A stretch of DNA of 64,000 nt from an uncultured Gemmatimonadales bacterium (GTDB taxonomy: Bacteria > Gemmatimonadota > Gemmatimonadetes > Longimicrobiales > RSA9). The notes below the pieces were generated by a model. It saw nothing but the letters and a program-made list of their open reading frames with translations, ran no database searches and was not told the origin of the DNA. The position numbers were made by a program, and so were the translations under genes. Of this stretch, positions 18,582 to 27,469 are shown in pieces (the stretch's first letter is position 1; every line of letters begins with the position of its first letter). Where the stretch lies: contig OY970192.1 in NCBI GenBank assembly GCA_963708135.1, positions 992,001 to 1,056,000 on the forward strand, written 5' to 3'.

Positions 18582-19822
18582 CAGGCCCCCGCGGGAGCGG
18601 CGGCGGACGTGAGCTCGCCCGCGCGGCGGAGCACGTCGCGGGCGAGCAGTGGACCGATCAGCTGGCTCGCCGCGACGCCGAGGAGCACCGTGCTGAAGAG
18701 GATCTCGACCGTCCGGCTGGGGGCGGGGCCGAGGGCGCCGTAGGTGAGCGTGACGTTGATCGCCATGGCGATCGAGAGGCCGCCCTGCGGCAGGAGGCCG
18801 ACCCCGACGTCGGCCGGGCGGGGCGCCGCGGGCCGGACGATGCGGACGGCCAGGTAGGCGCCGGCCAGCTTGGCCACCGCGCGCAGCGCGACATAGCCCA
18901 GGGCGAGCGGGAGCACGAGCCAGGAAGGGAAGCGCAGCAGCGCACCGGCGAGGACCAGCAGGATCACGTAAAGCGGCTTTTCCCACGCCTGGAGACGAGC
19001 GTAAATGCGCCGCCGCAGCGGAGAGATGTTTGCCACCACCGCGCCCGCGAGCGCCGAAACGAGCAGCGGCGAGAGCCCCACGTAGAGGGCGGCCCCCGAG
19101 GAGAGCATGGCGATTCCGAGCAGGAACAGCACCAGCTCCTCTGGCGTCGGCTTCGGGCGCGTGACCCAGAGCAGGAAGATCCCGAACACAAGCCCCAGCG
19201 CGACGGCCACGGCGATCCACTCGATGGCGGAGAGCGCCGTGCCAATGTTCGCGCGCAGGGGGTGGTAGACCGAGAAGGTGAGCTGCAGCGCGAACAGGCC
19301 GACCAGCGCGTCCAGGCTGGCCACGAAGAAGAGGAGCTGGGTGAGCGGCCCGCGCACCCGGAACGCCTGCGACAGTACCGCCACGCCCGCAGGGGTCGAG
19401 ATCGCGGCCGTGGCCGCCGCCGCGAGGATCGCGAAGCGCAGCTCCTCGTCCAGCGGCCCGCCGCCCCGCAGGAGCAGCGCGGCCAGGGCGGCGAACAGGC
19501 CGAAGGCGAGCAGCGCCTGGAGCAGCGCGACCGCGAGAAAGCGCGGCGAGAAGCGGGCGATCTGGCGGCGGTCGAGTTGGAGTCCGAAGAGGAGACCGAT
19601 CCACCCGAGCCCGAGCGCCAGGAACGGGTTCAGCTGCGCCATCACGCCGCGGGTCAGCAGGTCGAGCCCGTAGCCGCCGAGCAGGAGGCCGAGAAGAAGG
19701 AAGTGCGTGCCGGTCGCGAAAAGGAGCCTCGGTCCGAGCTGCGCGGGGCTGGCGCTGAAGGAGAAGCGGGCACCCAGAAGCCCGAGCAGGATCAGGAGCA
19801 GCGCCCCGACGAGGGTGCTCAC
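18581..19822 (-). CDS. cation:proton antiporter family membrane protein
   Basis: About 12-13 TM helices; GLLFGLQLD, ASLD, LLPQGGLSIAMA. Confidence 0.8.
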   Translation of the reverse strand: MSTLVGALLLILLGLLGARFSFSASPAQLGPRLLFATGTHFLLLGLLLGGYGLDLLTRGVMAQLNPFLALGLGWIGLLFGLQLDRRQIARFSPRFLAVALLQALLAFGLFAALAALLLRGGGPLDEELRFAILAAAATAAISTPAGVAVLSQAFRVRGPLTQLLFFVASLDALVGLFALQLTFSVYHPLRANIGTALSAIEWIAVAVALGLVFGIFLLWVTRPKPTPEELVLFLLGIAMLSSGAALYVGLSPLLVSALAGAVVANISPLRRRIYARLQAWEKPLYVILLVLAGALLRFPSWLVLPLALGYVALRAVAKLAGAYLAVRIVRPAAPRPADVGVGLLPQGGLSIAMAINVTLTYGALGPAPSRTVEILFSTVLLGVAASQLIGPLLARDVLRRAGELTSAAAPAGA

Positions 19823-19829
19823 GCCGCCC

Positions 19830-20183
19830 TCAACTCTCCGGCTCGCCCAACTCCGGCGCCAGGCCGACCACCCGGTTGAGCGGGATCGTGAAGACGATCC
19901 CCGTCGCCGGGCTGTTCAGGTCGCCGCAGATCTCCTGGAGCAGCGCGATCGCGCCATCGACCTTCCCGTCCTCCCTGATGACGCTGAAGATCGTCTGGTT
20001 CTGCGGCCGCGAGCGGGAGAGCAGGGTCTGCAGTCCCGCGAAGATCGGGATGTCGTGGGAGAGGACGCGGCCCATCCCCTCGCTCTGGATCACGGTTGCC
20101 CCGGTGATGCCGAGCTCGAGGAAGCCCGAGAGGATCTCGTCGAGCTTCTCCTCCTGGTTGATCACGGCGACGAGTAGTTGCAT
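19830..20183 (-). CDS. PII-like signalling protein
   Basis: [25 protein letters not shown] size and pattern; no GlnB T-loop Tyr. Confidence 0.85.
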   Translation of the reverse strand: MQLLVAVINQEEKLDEILSGFLELGITGATVIQSEGMGRVLSHDIPIFAGLQTLLSRSRPQNQTIFSVIREDGKVDGAIALLQEICGDLNSPATGIVFTIPLNRVVGLAPELGEPES

Positions 20184-20327
20184 AGAGGCGCGGGCGACCA
20201 GGCTCGTTCTCGAGGACGCAGGTCGGCCGGAGCCGTCCTGCCGGGGACCAGGACCAAGGGCCAGCGCGCGGCGGGATCGTCCGACGGCCCGCCGCGGGGC
20301 GCACGGGCACTGCGTCGGCGGCCCTGC

Positions 20328-20357
20328 ATCTTAGGCCGGCGCCTCGCGGAGTGTCAA
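20328..20357 (-). promoter_or_regulatory. sigma70-type promoter of the PII-like operon
   Basis: Minus strand TTGACA (20357-20352), 18-nt spacer, TAAGAT (20333-20328). Confidence 0.65.
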
Positions 20358-20543
20358 GCGGCGCCGGGGCTGGAACATGTCTTGCTCTCCGACCGCTCGC
20401 GGCGGCACCAGGCGGGCCCGCACGCGGCGATCCCGGCTGCGGTCCTCGCCCGGCGGGCGTCGCCCCGGCTAACGACTTGCCAGGCGGCGGTTCCCGGCAG
20501 CGTGCTCCGCTCGCCCGCGCCCGATCAGCAGGAGACGGACCCG

Positions 20544-21833
20544 ATGCCGAAGTTCATCGTCGAGGGAGGCCGGCCGCTGCGCGGCACCATACGCCCGGCG
20601 GGCAACAAGAACGCCGCGCTTCCGATCCTGGCGGCCACGCTCCTGACGGACGAGCCCGTGCACCTGGAGAACGTCCCGGACATCCGGGACGTCCGCACCC
20701 TCGCCGATCTGCTCGGCACGGTCGGCGTGGACGTGGAATGGCACGGGGAGAACGCGCTCACCGTCCACGCCCGCGAGGTGAGCGCGTCCGCCATCGAGCC
20801 GGAGCTGGCGGCGCGCATCCGCGCGTCGATCCTGCTCGCCGGCCCGATGCTCGCGCGCGTCGGCCGCATGCTCCTGCCGCCCCCCGGCGGCGATGTGATC
20901 GGCCGGCGAAGGGTCGACACGCACTTCCTCGCGCTCGCCAAGCTCGGCGCCGTCCTCGAGACGAGCGACGGCTATCACCTCGAGACGAGCGGCCTCTCCG
21001 GGGCCGACATCTTCCTCGACGAGCCGAGCGTGACGGCCACGGAGAACGCGGTCATGGCGGCGGTGCTCGCAAAGGGCCATACTCGCCTGCGCAACTCGGC
21101 GGCGGAGCCCCACGTCCAGGACCTCTGCAACATGCTGAATGCCTTCGGCGCCCGGATCTCCGGGATCGGCACCGGTGTTCTCGAGATCGAGGGCGTGGAC
21201 CGGCTGCGCGGCGGCGAGTGGCGGATCGGCAGCGATCACATCGAGGTCGGCTCCTTCATCGGGCTCGCGGCGGTGACGCGCGGCGAGATCCTCATCCGCG
21301 ACGCGGCCCTCGCGCACCTGGACTCGACGCTGCTGGCGTTCGAACGGCTCGGGATCCGCTGCGAGCCGCGGGGTGAGGACCTCTTCGTCTCCGACACCCA
21401 GGAGCTGCGCGTTCGCACGGATCTCGGAGGCCACATCCCGAAGATCGACGACGGACCGTGGCCGGCGTTTCCCGCGGACCTCACCTCCATCGCGCTGGTG
21501 ACGGCCACGCAGTGCCGTGGCACGATCCTGGTCTTCGAGAAGATGTTCGAGTCGCGCATGTTCTTTGCCGACAAACTCATCGGCATGGGCGCCCGCGTCG
21601 TGCTGTGCGATCCCCACCGCGCCGTGGTGGTCGGGCCGTCGCGGCTGCACGCCGGCGTCGTGGAGACGCCCGACATCCGGGCCGGCATGGCGCTGCTCAT
21701 CGCCGCCCTCGGCGCGGAGGGCAGCAGCCACATCTACAACATCGCTCAGATCGAGCGTGGCTACGAGCGCATAGACGAACGGCTGCGCGCCCTCGGGGCG
21801 CGCATCGAGCGCTCCGACTCGCGCGAGTTCTAG
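20544..21833 (+). CDS. murA: UDP-N-acetylglucosamine 1-carboxyvinyltransferase (Asp at the Cys115 position)
   Basis: [47 protein letters not shown]. Confidence 0.97.
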   Translation: MPKFIVEGGRPLRGTIRPAGNKNAALPILAATLLTDEPVHLENVPDIRDVRTLADLLGTVGVDVEWHGENALTVHAREVSASAIEPELAARIRASILLAGPMLARVGRMLLPPPGGDVIGRRRVDTHFLALAKLGAVLETSDGYHLETSGLSGADIFLDEPSVTATENAVMAAVLAKGHTRLRNSAAEPHVQDLCNMLNAFGARISGIGTGVLEIEGVDRLRGGEWRIGSDHIEVGSFIGLAAVTRGEILIRDAALAHLDSTLLAFERLGIRCEPRGEDLFVSDTQELRVRTDLGGHIPKIDDGPWPAFPADLTSIALVTATQCRGTILVFEKMFESRMFFADKLIGMGARVVLCDPHRAVVVGPSRLHAGVVETPDIRAGMALLIAALGAEGSSHIYNIAQIERGYERIDERLRALGARIERSDSREF

Positions 21834-21849
21834 TACCGCGCCACAGTGG

Positions 21850-22955
21850 TCATGATGCGTAAAGGCGGTGGAGCTTGGATCGCGCATCGGAGACAGTGAA
21901 ACGCCAGGTGGTGGGAGCTCGGACGGCGTTGCGGGGGGTCTCCCAGGCGAGGGTCTCGGCCCGCAGCCGGTTGACGTTGTCAAGGCGGCGGTGCAGGCAC
22001 TGGCGACCGAGGATCGAGATCTCGATTTCGGCCATGTTGAGCCAGCTCCCGTGCTTGGGCGTGTAATGGAACTCGAGCTTGCGCAGGATACGGCGCGCTT
22101 CGGCGGCCTCGAAGGTCTCGTACAGGGCTGCGCCCGTGTGGCTGCTCAGGTTGTCGAGCACGACGCGGATCTTGTCGGCGTCCGCGCAATGCACGTCGAC
22201 CAGTGCGCGCATCTGCTGGGCGAAGTCCGCATTCGTGCGACGGGCGGTGACGTCCACATGCCGCCAGCCTCGCAGCGGCTCCACGAGCAGGAAGAGGTTG
22301 GCGGTCCCGCGGCGCACGTACTCGTAGTCAACGCGTTGGCGCCGACCCGGAGCGGCCGGCACCGGCAGGCGGGTTTCCCCGATGAGCTGGTAGGGCACTT
22401 CATCGAAGCACACCACCGGGCGCCGGGGGTCGTAGGGCTCCTGGTAGAGGTCGAGCACGTCCTCCATGCGGCAGACGAAGTCCCAACTCACCGTCGGGAT
22501 GCACCACGCTTCCTTCTGCCAGGGCTTCAGGTCGTTTTTTTTAGAAGCCGTCGGACCGTCTCGTCCGTGATCGCGTCCACCACACGCAACTCGATCAGCT
22601 TGTCGGCCAGGAGCTGCATGGTCCAGCGCACGCGCCCCTCCGGAGGCGCGCTGCACGCCAGCGCGACCAGGAAGGCTTCCTGCTTGCCGTCCAGCAGCCG
22701 GGCTTTGCCCGGCCGAGGCCGATCGTTGAGCGCCCGCTCCAAACCGCCCTCGACGAAGCGCAGCCGCGTGCGCTCCACCGTGCACTTCCCCAGGTGCAGC
22801 GCGGCCGCAATCGCCTTGTCGGTCACGCCCTCGTCGGCCAGCAACAGGATGCGCGCGCGGTTCACCCGGCGCACCCGCGCCTTGCCGCCCTGGAGCAGGC
22901 GCTTGAGTTCGGCCCGCTCGTCGTCCGTGAGGTCCACGATATACTTCTTGGCCAT
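21850..22955 (-). CDS. IS630 transposase: orfA (HTH, 22527-22955) joined to orfB (DDE) by a -1 shift at A8
   Basis: orfA RARILLLADEG...RWT; orfB VCFDE, VLDN, YTPKHGSWLNMAE; A8 run at 22535-22542. Confidence 0.92.
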
Positions 22956-22992
22956 CTGCCCTCCTCGCTGGGGGTCCGACAAATGGGCCAAC

Positions 22993-23021
22993 AATATAGC
23001 ACGGAACTTTAGTCCTCACAA
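22993..23021 (-). promoter_or_regulatory. IS-internal transposase promoter
   Basis: Minus strand TTGTGA, 17-nt spacer, TATATT. Confidence 0.55.
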
Positions 23022-23094
23022 TCATGATGGCTGAGTACTAGTGGCGCCGGATCCCGTCCGCTAGCCACCGGGCATCCCCAACGGAGGAGACAGC

Positions 23095-23547
23095 ATGGAG
23101 GAACGCCAGAGCGCCCGGGAGGGCATCCGCGATGGGATCCGCGCCGGGATCGGGATCCTCGCCGCCTTCAAGGATGCCGTGGAGGAGACCCTGGGTGAGA
23201 TGAAGGAGCGCGGCGACATCTCGCCCGATCGCGCGCGCGAGGCGGTCCGCACCACGATGCAGCGGGCGCAGGAGGCGATGGACGAGGCTCGCGAGCGGCT
23301 CGATTTCGTGCCGCGTCGCGAGTTCGATGTGCTGCGCCAGGAGGTGGCGGAGCTGCGCCGCCGGCTCGAGGCCCACACCGGCGGCGCAGCGGAAACCGAG
23401 GCGACGGATGCAGCCGCGAGCGCGGCCCGAGCGCCGCACGCCCGTGCGCCCGACACGCCGCCCGCGAACGGTCCGGCCGCCGGGGCCGGCGAGGCGGCCG
23501 TGAGCACGCCTCCGAACATCCAGGTCGAGGAGGACACCACGGGGTGA
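23095..23547 (+). CDS. phasin-like coiled-coil protein
   Basis: GIGILAAFK...EMKERGDISPDRARE...FVPRREFDVLRQEVAELRRRL; SD GGAGG. Confidence 0.7.
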   Translation: MEERQSAREGIRDGIRAGIGILAAFKDAVEETLGEMKERGDISPDRAREAVRTTMQRAQEAMDEARERLDFVPRREFDVLRQEVAELRRRLEAHTGGAAETEATDAAASAARAPHARAPDTPPANGPAAGAGEAAVSTPPNIQVEEDTTG

Positions 23548-24305
23548 GCGCGCCCCGTGCCGTGAGCGAGGTGAGCTGTCCGGGTGAGCTGCCGCTGTAC
23601 GTGCACCCGGAATGGCACGAGCGCTTCCCCTGGCTGGTGCAGGGCACGACGGGGCGGGGAGAGGGGGCGGAACCGTTCGACCTGCGCATGTTCGGCGACA
23701 TCCCGTCGGGCCTGCTGCTGGAGCGCTGGGCCGCGCTCCAGCGCGCGCTCGGCTGTGCGCGCGCCGTTCACGCGCACCAGGTCCACGGCGCGCGCGTACT
23801 GGTTCACCAGGGCGGGCCGGCCGGGCTGCTCATCGCCGAGGGCTGCGACGGCCACGCCACGCAGACCGCCGGCGTGCTCCTCACCGTTTCCGTGGCCGAC
23901 TGCGTTCCCATCTTCCTGGTGGACCCCGAGCGGCGGGCGATCGCGGCGCTGCACGGCGGGTGGCGCGGCGTCGCGGCCGGCATTCTCGAGTCCGGCATCG
24001 AGGCGCTCGGGCGCCAGGCGGGTACGCCGCCGGCGGATCTGTACGCCCATTTCGGGCCGGCGATCTGCGGCGCCTGCTACGAGGTCGGGCCGGAGGTCTT
24101 TCGGGCGCTGGGGCTTGCTGCGCCGCGGGGCCTGGCGTCCGTGGATCTGCGCCGTGCGCTCGCGGAGCGCGCCGTCGCCGCCGGCCTCGAGGCGGAGCGG
24201 CTCACCATCTCCAGCTTCTGCACCCGCTGCGGCGACACCCCGTTCTTCTCGCACCGCGGAGGGTGCCCGGAGCGGCAGATGGGCGTTCTCGGCCTGCGGC
24301 CATGA
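23544..24305 (+). CDS. pgeF: PgeF/YfiH family (peptidoglycan editing factor / purine nucleoside phosphorylase)
   Basis: HQVHG, VADCVP, LHGGWRG, GPAICGACYEVG, FFSHR. Confidence 0.9.
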   Translation: MSAPRAVSEVSCPGELPLYVHPEWHERFPWLVQGTTGRGEGAEPFDLRMFGDIPSGLLLERWAALQRALGCARAVHAHQVHGARVLVHQGGPAGLLIAEGCDGHATQTAGVLLTVSVADCVPIFLVDPERRAIAALHGGWRGVAAGILESGIEALGRQAGTPPADLYAHFGPAICGACYEVGPEVFRALGLAAPRGLASVDLRRALAERAVAAGLEAERLTISSFCTRCGDTPFFSHRGGCPERQMGVLGLRP

Positions 24306-24520
24306 GCGGTGAGGCGCCACCGGGCCTGTGCGGCTCGTGCGTGCACGCGCGCGTGATCGAAACCCGGCGCGGCTCCCGGTTCTACCATTGCCGCCTCTCG
24401 CTGCACGATCCACACTACCCGCGTTATCCCAGACTGCCCGTGCTGCGGTGCGCGGGCTACCAGTTACCTGCGGGTGGCGGGGCAATGCCCCCGGCCGCCA
24501 GGGAGGATCCCCATGAGTGA
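24302..24520 (+). CDS. 72-aa four-cysteine miniprotein (not called as such in the ORF track)
   Basis: ATGA overlap with pgeF stop; GLCGSCVH...FYHC...YPRYPRLPVLRCAGY; overlaps next start. Confidence 0.75.
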   Translation: MSGEAPPGLCGSCVHARVIETRRGSRFYHCRLSLHDPHYPRYPRLPVLRCAGYQLPAGGGAMPPAAREDPHE

Positions 24521-24977
24521 GCCCTTCTACACCGCCCGCGCCAGCATCGCCAAGCTCGGCGGCACCCACAGGCGCGCCCGCCTGGAGTCCGGCGCCACGG
24601 TCGAGTTCGGCGTGCACGGTGCCGTCAAGCGCCACTTCGGGCTGGAGGACCAGCCCGACCTGCCGCTTCCCGTCGATTTCATCGTGGCTGCCACCGGCGC
24701 CTGAATGCTGGGGACCCTCAATGGCGCGCTGGAGGCGCGCGGGATCAGGCTCGAGCCGGATGCGATCGCGGCCGGGGTGGAGGGAACCAACGAGCTGCTC
24801 GAGGGGATCATCACGCTCACGCGGATCCACGTGCACTACACGCTGCGGATCCCGGCGGGCACGCGCGAGGCCACGGATCGGGCGCTCTCGCGTCACCAGG
24901 AGAAGTGCCCGACCGCGCACAGTCTACGCCGCGCCGTGGCCATCGACTGGAGCGCGGACGTGGTCGAGGCGGGCTGA
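24513..24977 (+). CDS. OsmC-like protein, probable selenoprotein (Sec at TGA 24702-24704)
   Basis: Two track ORFs in one frame separated only by TGA; ...FIVAATGA-U-MLGT...HQEKCPTAHSL matches OsmC two-Cys layout; SD GGAGG before ATG 24513. Confidence 0.85.
24699..24750 (+). promoter_or_regulatory. candidate bacterial SECIS element
   Basis: GCGCGC-TGGAG-GCGCGC (24724-24740) starting 19 nt after TGA; basal pairing GCCTGA (24699-24704) with TCAGGC (24745-24750). Confidence 0.65.
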
Positions 24978-25041
24978 GGCAGGCGAGCGCGCAGACGGTT
25001 GCCAGGCGGTCGTTTGCGGCGTACGCAACGGGTCCGGTGGG

Positions 25042-25070
25042 TTGCCTGCGGCCGACCGGAGTGTTATAAT
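25042..25070 (+). promoter_or_regulatory. sigma70 promoter of the rimP-nusA-infB operon
   Basis: TTGCCT, 17-nt spacer, TATAAT with extended TGn. Confidence 0.8.
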
Positions 25071-25102
25071 TTGCACTGTCGGCGTTGGACCGCCGGCCGA
25101 TG

Positions 25103-25130
25103 AAGTGGGGGACGGACCCCCACTTTTTTA
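25103..25130 (+). ncRNA. rimP leader (terminator-like attenuator hairpin)
   Basis: AAGTGGGGG-ACGGA-CCCCCACTT plus T-tract, between promoter and rimP start. Confidence 0.75.
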
Positions 25131-25143
25131 TTCGCCTGGAGCC

Positions 25144-25632
25144 ATGTCGCACGATTCGCTCGAACCGCGCATAGAGGCCCGCGTCGCGACGCTGGGCTTC
25201 GAGCTCGTGGAGCTCGAGCGGGCGGGCTCACGGACGAGACCCGTCCTGCGAATCCGGATCGACAGGCCGGACGCTGAGCCGGGCCACGGCATCACCCTGG
25301 AGGACTGCGCCGGCGTCAGTCGGGCGCTCGAATCCTTCCTCGAGGAGGATGAGGCGCTCGGCGCGAGATACGTGCTGGAGGTTTCCTCGCCGGGGCTCGA
25401 GCGGCCGCTCGTGCGCAAGCGCGACTTCGAACGCTTTGCCGGCCGGGAAGTGGCCCTCAAGGGCTACGCGCCGCTGGCGGGCCGGAGCCGCCGGCTCGAG
25501 GGCGAGCTGCTGGGATTGGAGGGAGAAGGCGAGGCGGCGCGGGTGCGCCTGCGCCTGGATGACGGAGAGACCGTGAGCGTGCCGAGGGGCGAGATCGCCC
25601 GCGCGCACCTCATCTTTCGGTGGGATCGCTAG
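25144..25632 (+). CDS. rimP: ribosome maturation factor RimP
   Basis: LRIRIDR, ITLEDC, YVLEVSSPGLERPL. Confidence 0.95.
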   Translation: MSHDSLEPRIEARVATLGFELVELERAGSRTRPVLRIRIDRPDAEPGHGITLEDCAGVSRALESFLEEDEALGARYVLEVSSPGLERPLVRKRDFERFAGREVALKGYAPLAGRSRRLEGELLGLEGEGEAARVRLRLDDGETVSVPRGEIARAHLIFRWDR

Positions 25633-25677
25633 GCCCGCTGCGGGGCAGGCCGCGATGAAACACGAGCAGGAAGGCCT

Positions 25678-27102
25678 ATGACGAACGCGACCCAGATCAT
25701 GGCGGCGTTCCGCGAGATGATCGCGAACAAGAACCTGTCCACGGCGGACCTCCACGATCTCATCAAGGACGGGATCATGGCGGCACTCGGGCGCCGCTAC
25801 GGCCCGAACGTGGCCGCCGAGATCGAGATCAGCGAGGACGGCGGCGAGATGCGCATCGTCGTCCTGAAGGAGGTCGTCGAGGAGGTCGAGGATTCCTCGC
25901 GCCAGATCTCGCTCGAGGAGGCCCGCTGGGACGACCCCGACTTCCAGCCGGGGGACGTGCTGGAGATCCCCGTCGATTTCGCGGACTTCGGCCGCAACGC
26001 CGTCATGGCCGCAAAGCAGCGGATCATCCAGCGCGTGCGCGAGGGCGAGCGCAACAAGATCCGCGACGAGTACGCGGACAGGGTCGGAGAGCTGCTCTCG
26101 GGCGAGGTGCAGCAGGTCGAGCGCGGCAAGATCGTCGTGATGCTGAACAAGACGCGCGACGCCGACGCCATCATCCCGTGGAAGGAGCAGAACCCGCGGG
26201 AGCGGTTCCGGCAGGGCGAGCCGATCCGAGCGGTGCTGAAGCGAGTGGAGGAGACGCCCAAGGGGCCGCGCCTGATCCTCTCGCGCGCCGCGCCGGAGTT
26301 CGTAGCGGCGCTCTTCAGGCTGGAGGTCCCCGAGATCTACCAGGGCATCGTGGACATCAAGGACATCGCGCGCGAGGTCGGCGGCCGCACGAAGCTCGCA
26401 GTCTCCTCGCGGGACGAGTCGATCGACCCCGTCGGCGCCTGCGTCGGCCTCAAGGGCTCGCGCGTGCAGGCGGTGGTCAGCGAGCTGGGTGGCGAGCGCA
26501 TCGACATCGTGCCGTGGCACCCGGATCCGGAGATCTATGCGCGGCGGGCGCTGTCTCCCGCCAAGGTCGCCAAGGTGATCAGCGACTCGGCGCGGCGTGT
26601 CATTACGGCCATCGTGGACGAGGACCAGCTCTCGCTCGCCATCGGCCGCAACGGACAGAACGTTCGCCTTGCCAGCCAGCTCATCGGCTGGCAGATCGAC
26701 CTCTACGGCAGCCGTGAGTGGCTCGAGCGCGGCGCGGATGCGGCGCTGTTCGGCGGCGGAGAGCCGGAATACGAGGTCGCGGACTTCCCCATCACCGAGC
26801 TGTCGATTGCGCCGGCCATACTGGCCGCGTTGCAGAACGCGGGGTATAATACCTTTCTGGATATCATCGACCTCGATCGCGACGACCTGCTGAAGGTGCC
26901 CGGCATCGAGGCCGAGCAGGCGGACGAGGTGCTCCGCGTGATCGACGAGCTCACGGTCGAGGAGGGCGAGTCCGAAGCGGCGCCGGCCGGCGCCGGGCCG
27001 AGCGAGGCGGAGCTGGCCGACGCACGACAGGTCGCGGCCGAGATTCTCGGCTTGAGCCTGCCGGGCGCAGCGGGGTCGAAGGAGGATGAGAGCGCCGGCT
27101 GA
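25678..27102 (+). CDS. nusA: transcription factor NusA
   Basis: FGRNAVMAAKQ, S1 and KH domains, GACVGLKGSRV, AIGRNGQNVRLA. Confidence 0.97.
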   Translation: MTNATQIMAAFREMIANKNLSTADLHDLIKDGIMAALGRRYGPNVAAEIEISEDGGEMRIVVLKEVVEEVEDSSRQISLEEARWDDPDFQPGDVLEIPVDFADFGRNAVMAAKQRIIQRVREGERNKIRDEYADRVGELLSGEVQQVERGKIVVMLNKTRDADAIIPWKEQNPRERFRQGEPIRAVLKRVEETPKGPRLILSRAAPEFVAALFRLEVPEIYQGIVDIKDIAREVGGRTKLAVSSRDESIDPVGACVGLKGSRVQAVVSELGGERIDIVPWHPDPEIYARRALSPAKVAKVISDSARRVITAIVDEDQLSLAIGRNGQNVRLASQLIGWQIDLYGSREWLERGADAALFGGGEPEYEVADFPITELSIAPAILAALQNAGYNTFLDIIDLDRDDLLKVPGIEAEQADEVLRVIDELTVEEGESEAAPAGAGPSEAELADARQVAAEILGLSLPGAAGSKEDESAG

Positions 27103-27436
27103 GGCGGCCCTCCGCCTGCTCGGACTGGCCGCGCGCGGCGGCCGGGTGCATCCCGGCACGGAACGCGTCCGGGAAGCGGTCCGGCGGGGCGGTGTCCAGC
27201 ACGTGCTGATCGCGGCGGACGCGTCCGCCAACGCCCGGGACAAGCTGCTTCCGCTGCTTGCGGCGAGGCATGTGCCTCACACGATCGCGTTCGATCGCGC
27301 GCGCCTCGGCGCCGCCGTCGGGCGCGCTCCACTGAGCGCCGTCGGCGTGGCCGACGCGGCGCTGGCGGCCAGAATCCAGGAATTGTTCGACGGAGTCGCT
27401 GGAGCGGAACGCCGCACCTGGGCGGGGGGGCGGTGA
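27086..27436 (+). CDS. L7Ae/YlxQ-family RNA-binding protein
   Basis: LLGLAARGG, LIAADAS, LGAAVGR; between nusA and infB. Confidence 0.85.
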   Translation: MRAPAEAALRLLGLAARGGRVHPGTERVREAVRRGGVQHVLIAADASANARDKLLPLLAARHVPHTIAFDRARLGAAVGRAPLSAVGVADAALAARIQELFDGVAGAERRTWAGGR

Positions 27437-27469
27437 ATCGTAGTTTTTTCAGAGGTGGTACGAAACGGT

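Larger units (their letters stand above)
21833..23038 (-). mobile_element. IS630-family insertion sequence, about 1206 bp
   Basis: TA at 21831-21832 and 23039-23040 within CTAG; imperfect terminal IRs GTACcgcGCCA / GTACtcaGCCA; split transposase. Confidence 0.92.

Noticed and set aside
21850..22955. Split transposase as a pseudogene
   Set aside because: The break is at the A-run typical of programmed IS630 recoding; DDE residues and both ends are intact.
24474..24977. Two separate small genes, or a nonsense pseudogene
   Set aside because: The stop is TGA at the Cys-equivalent site with a SECIS-like hairpin, and the second ATG lacks an SD; kept only as the alternative hypothesis.
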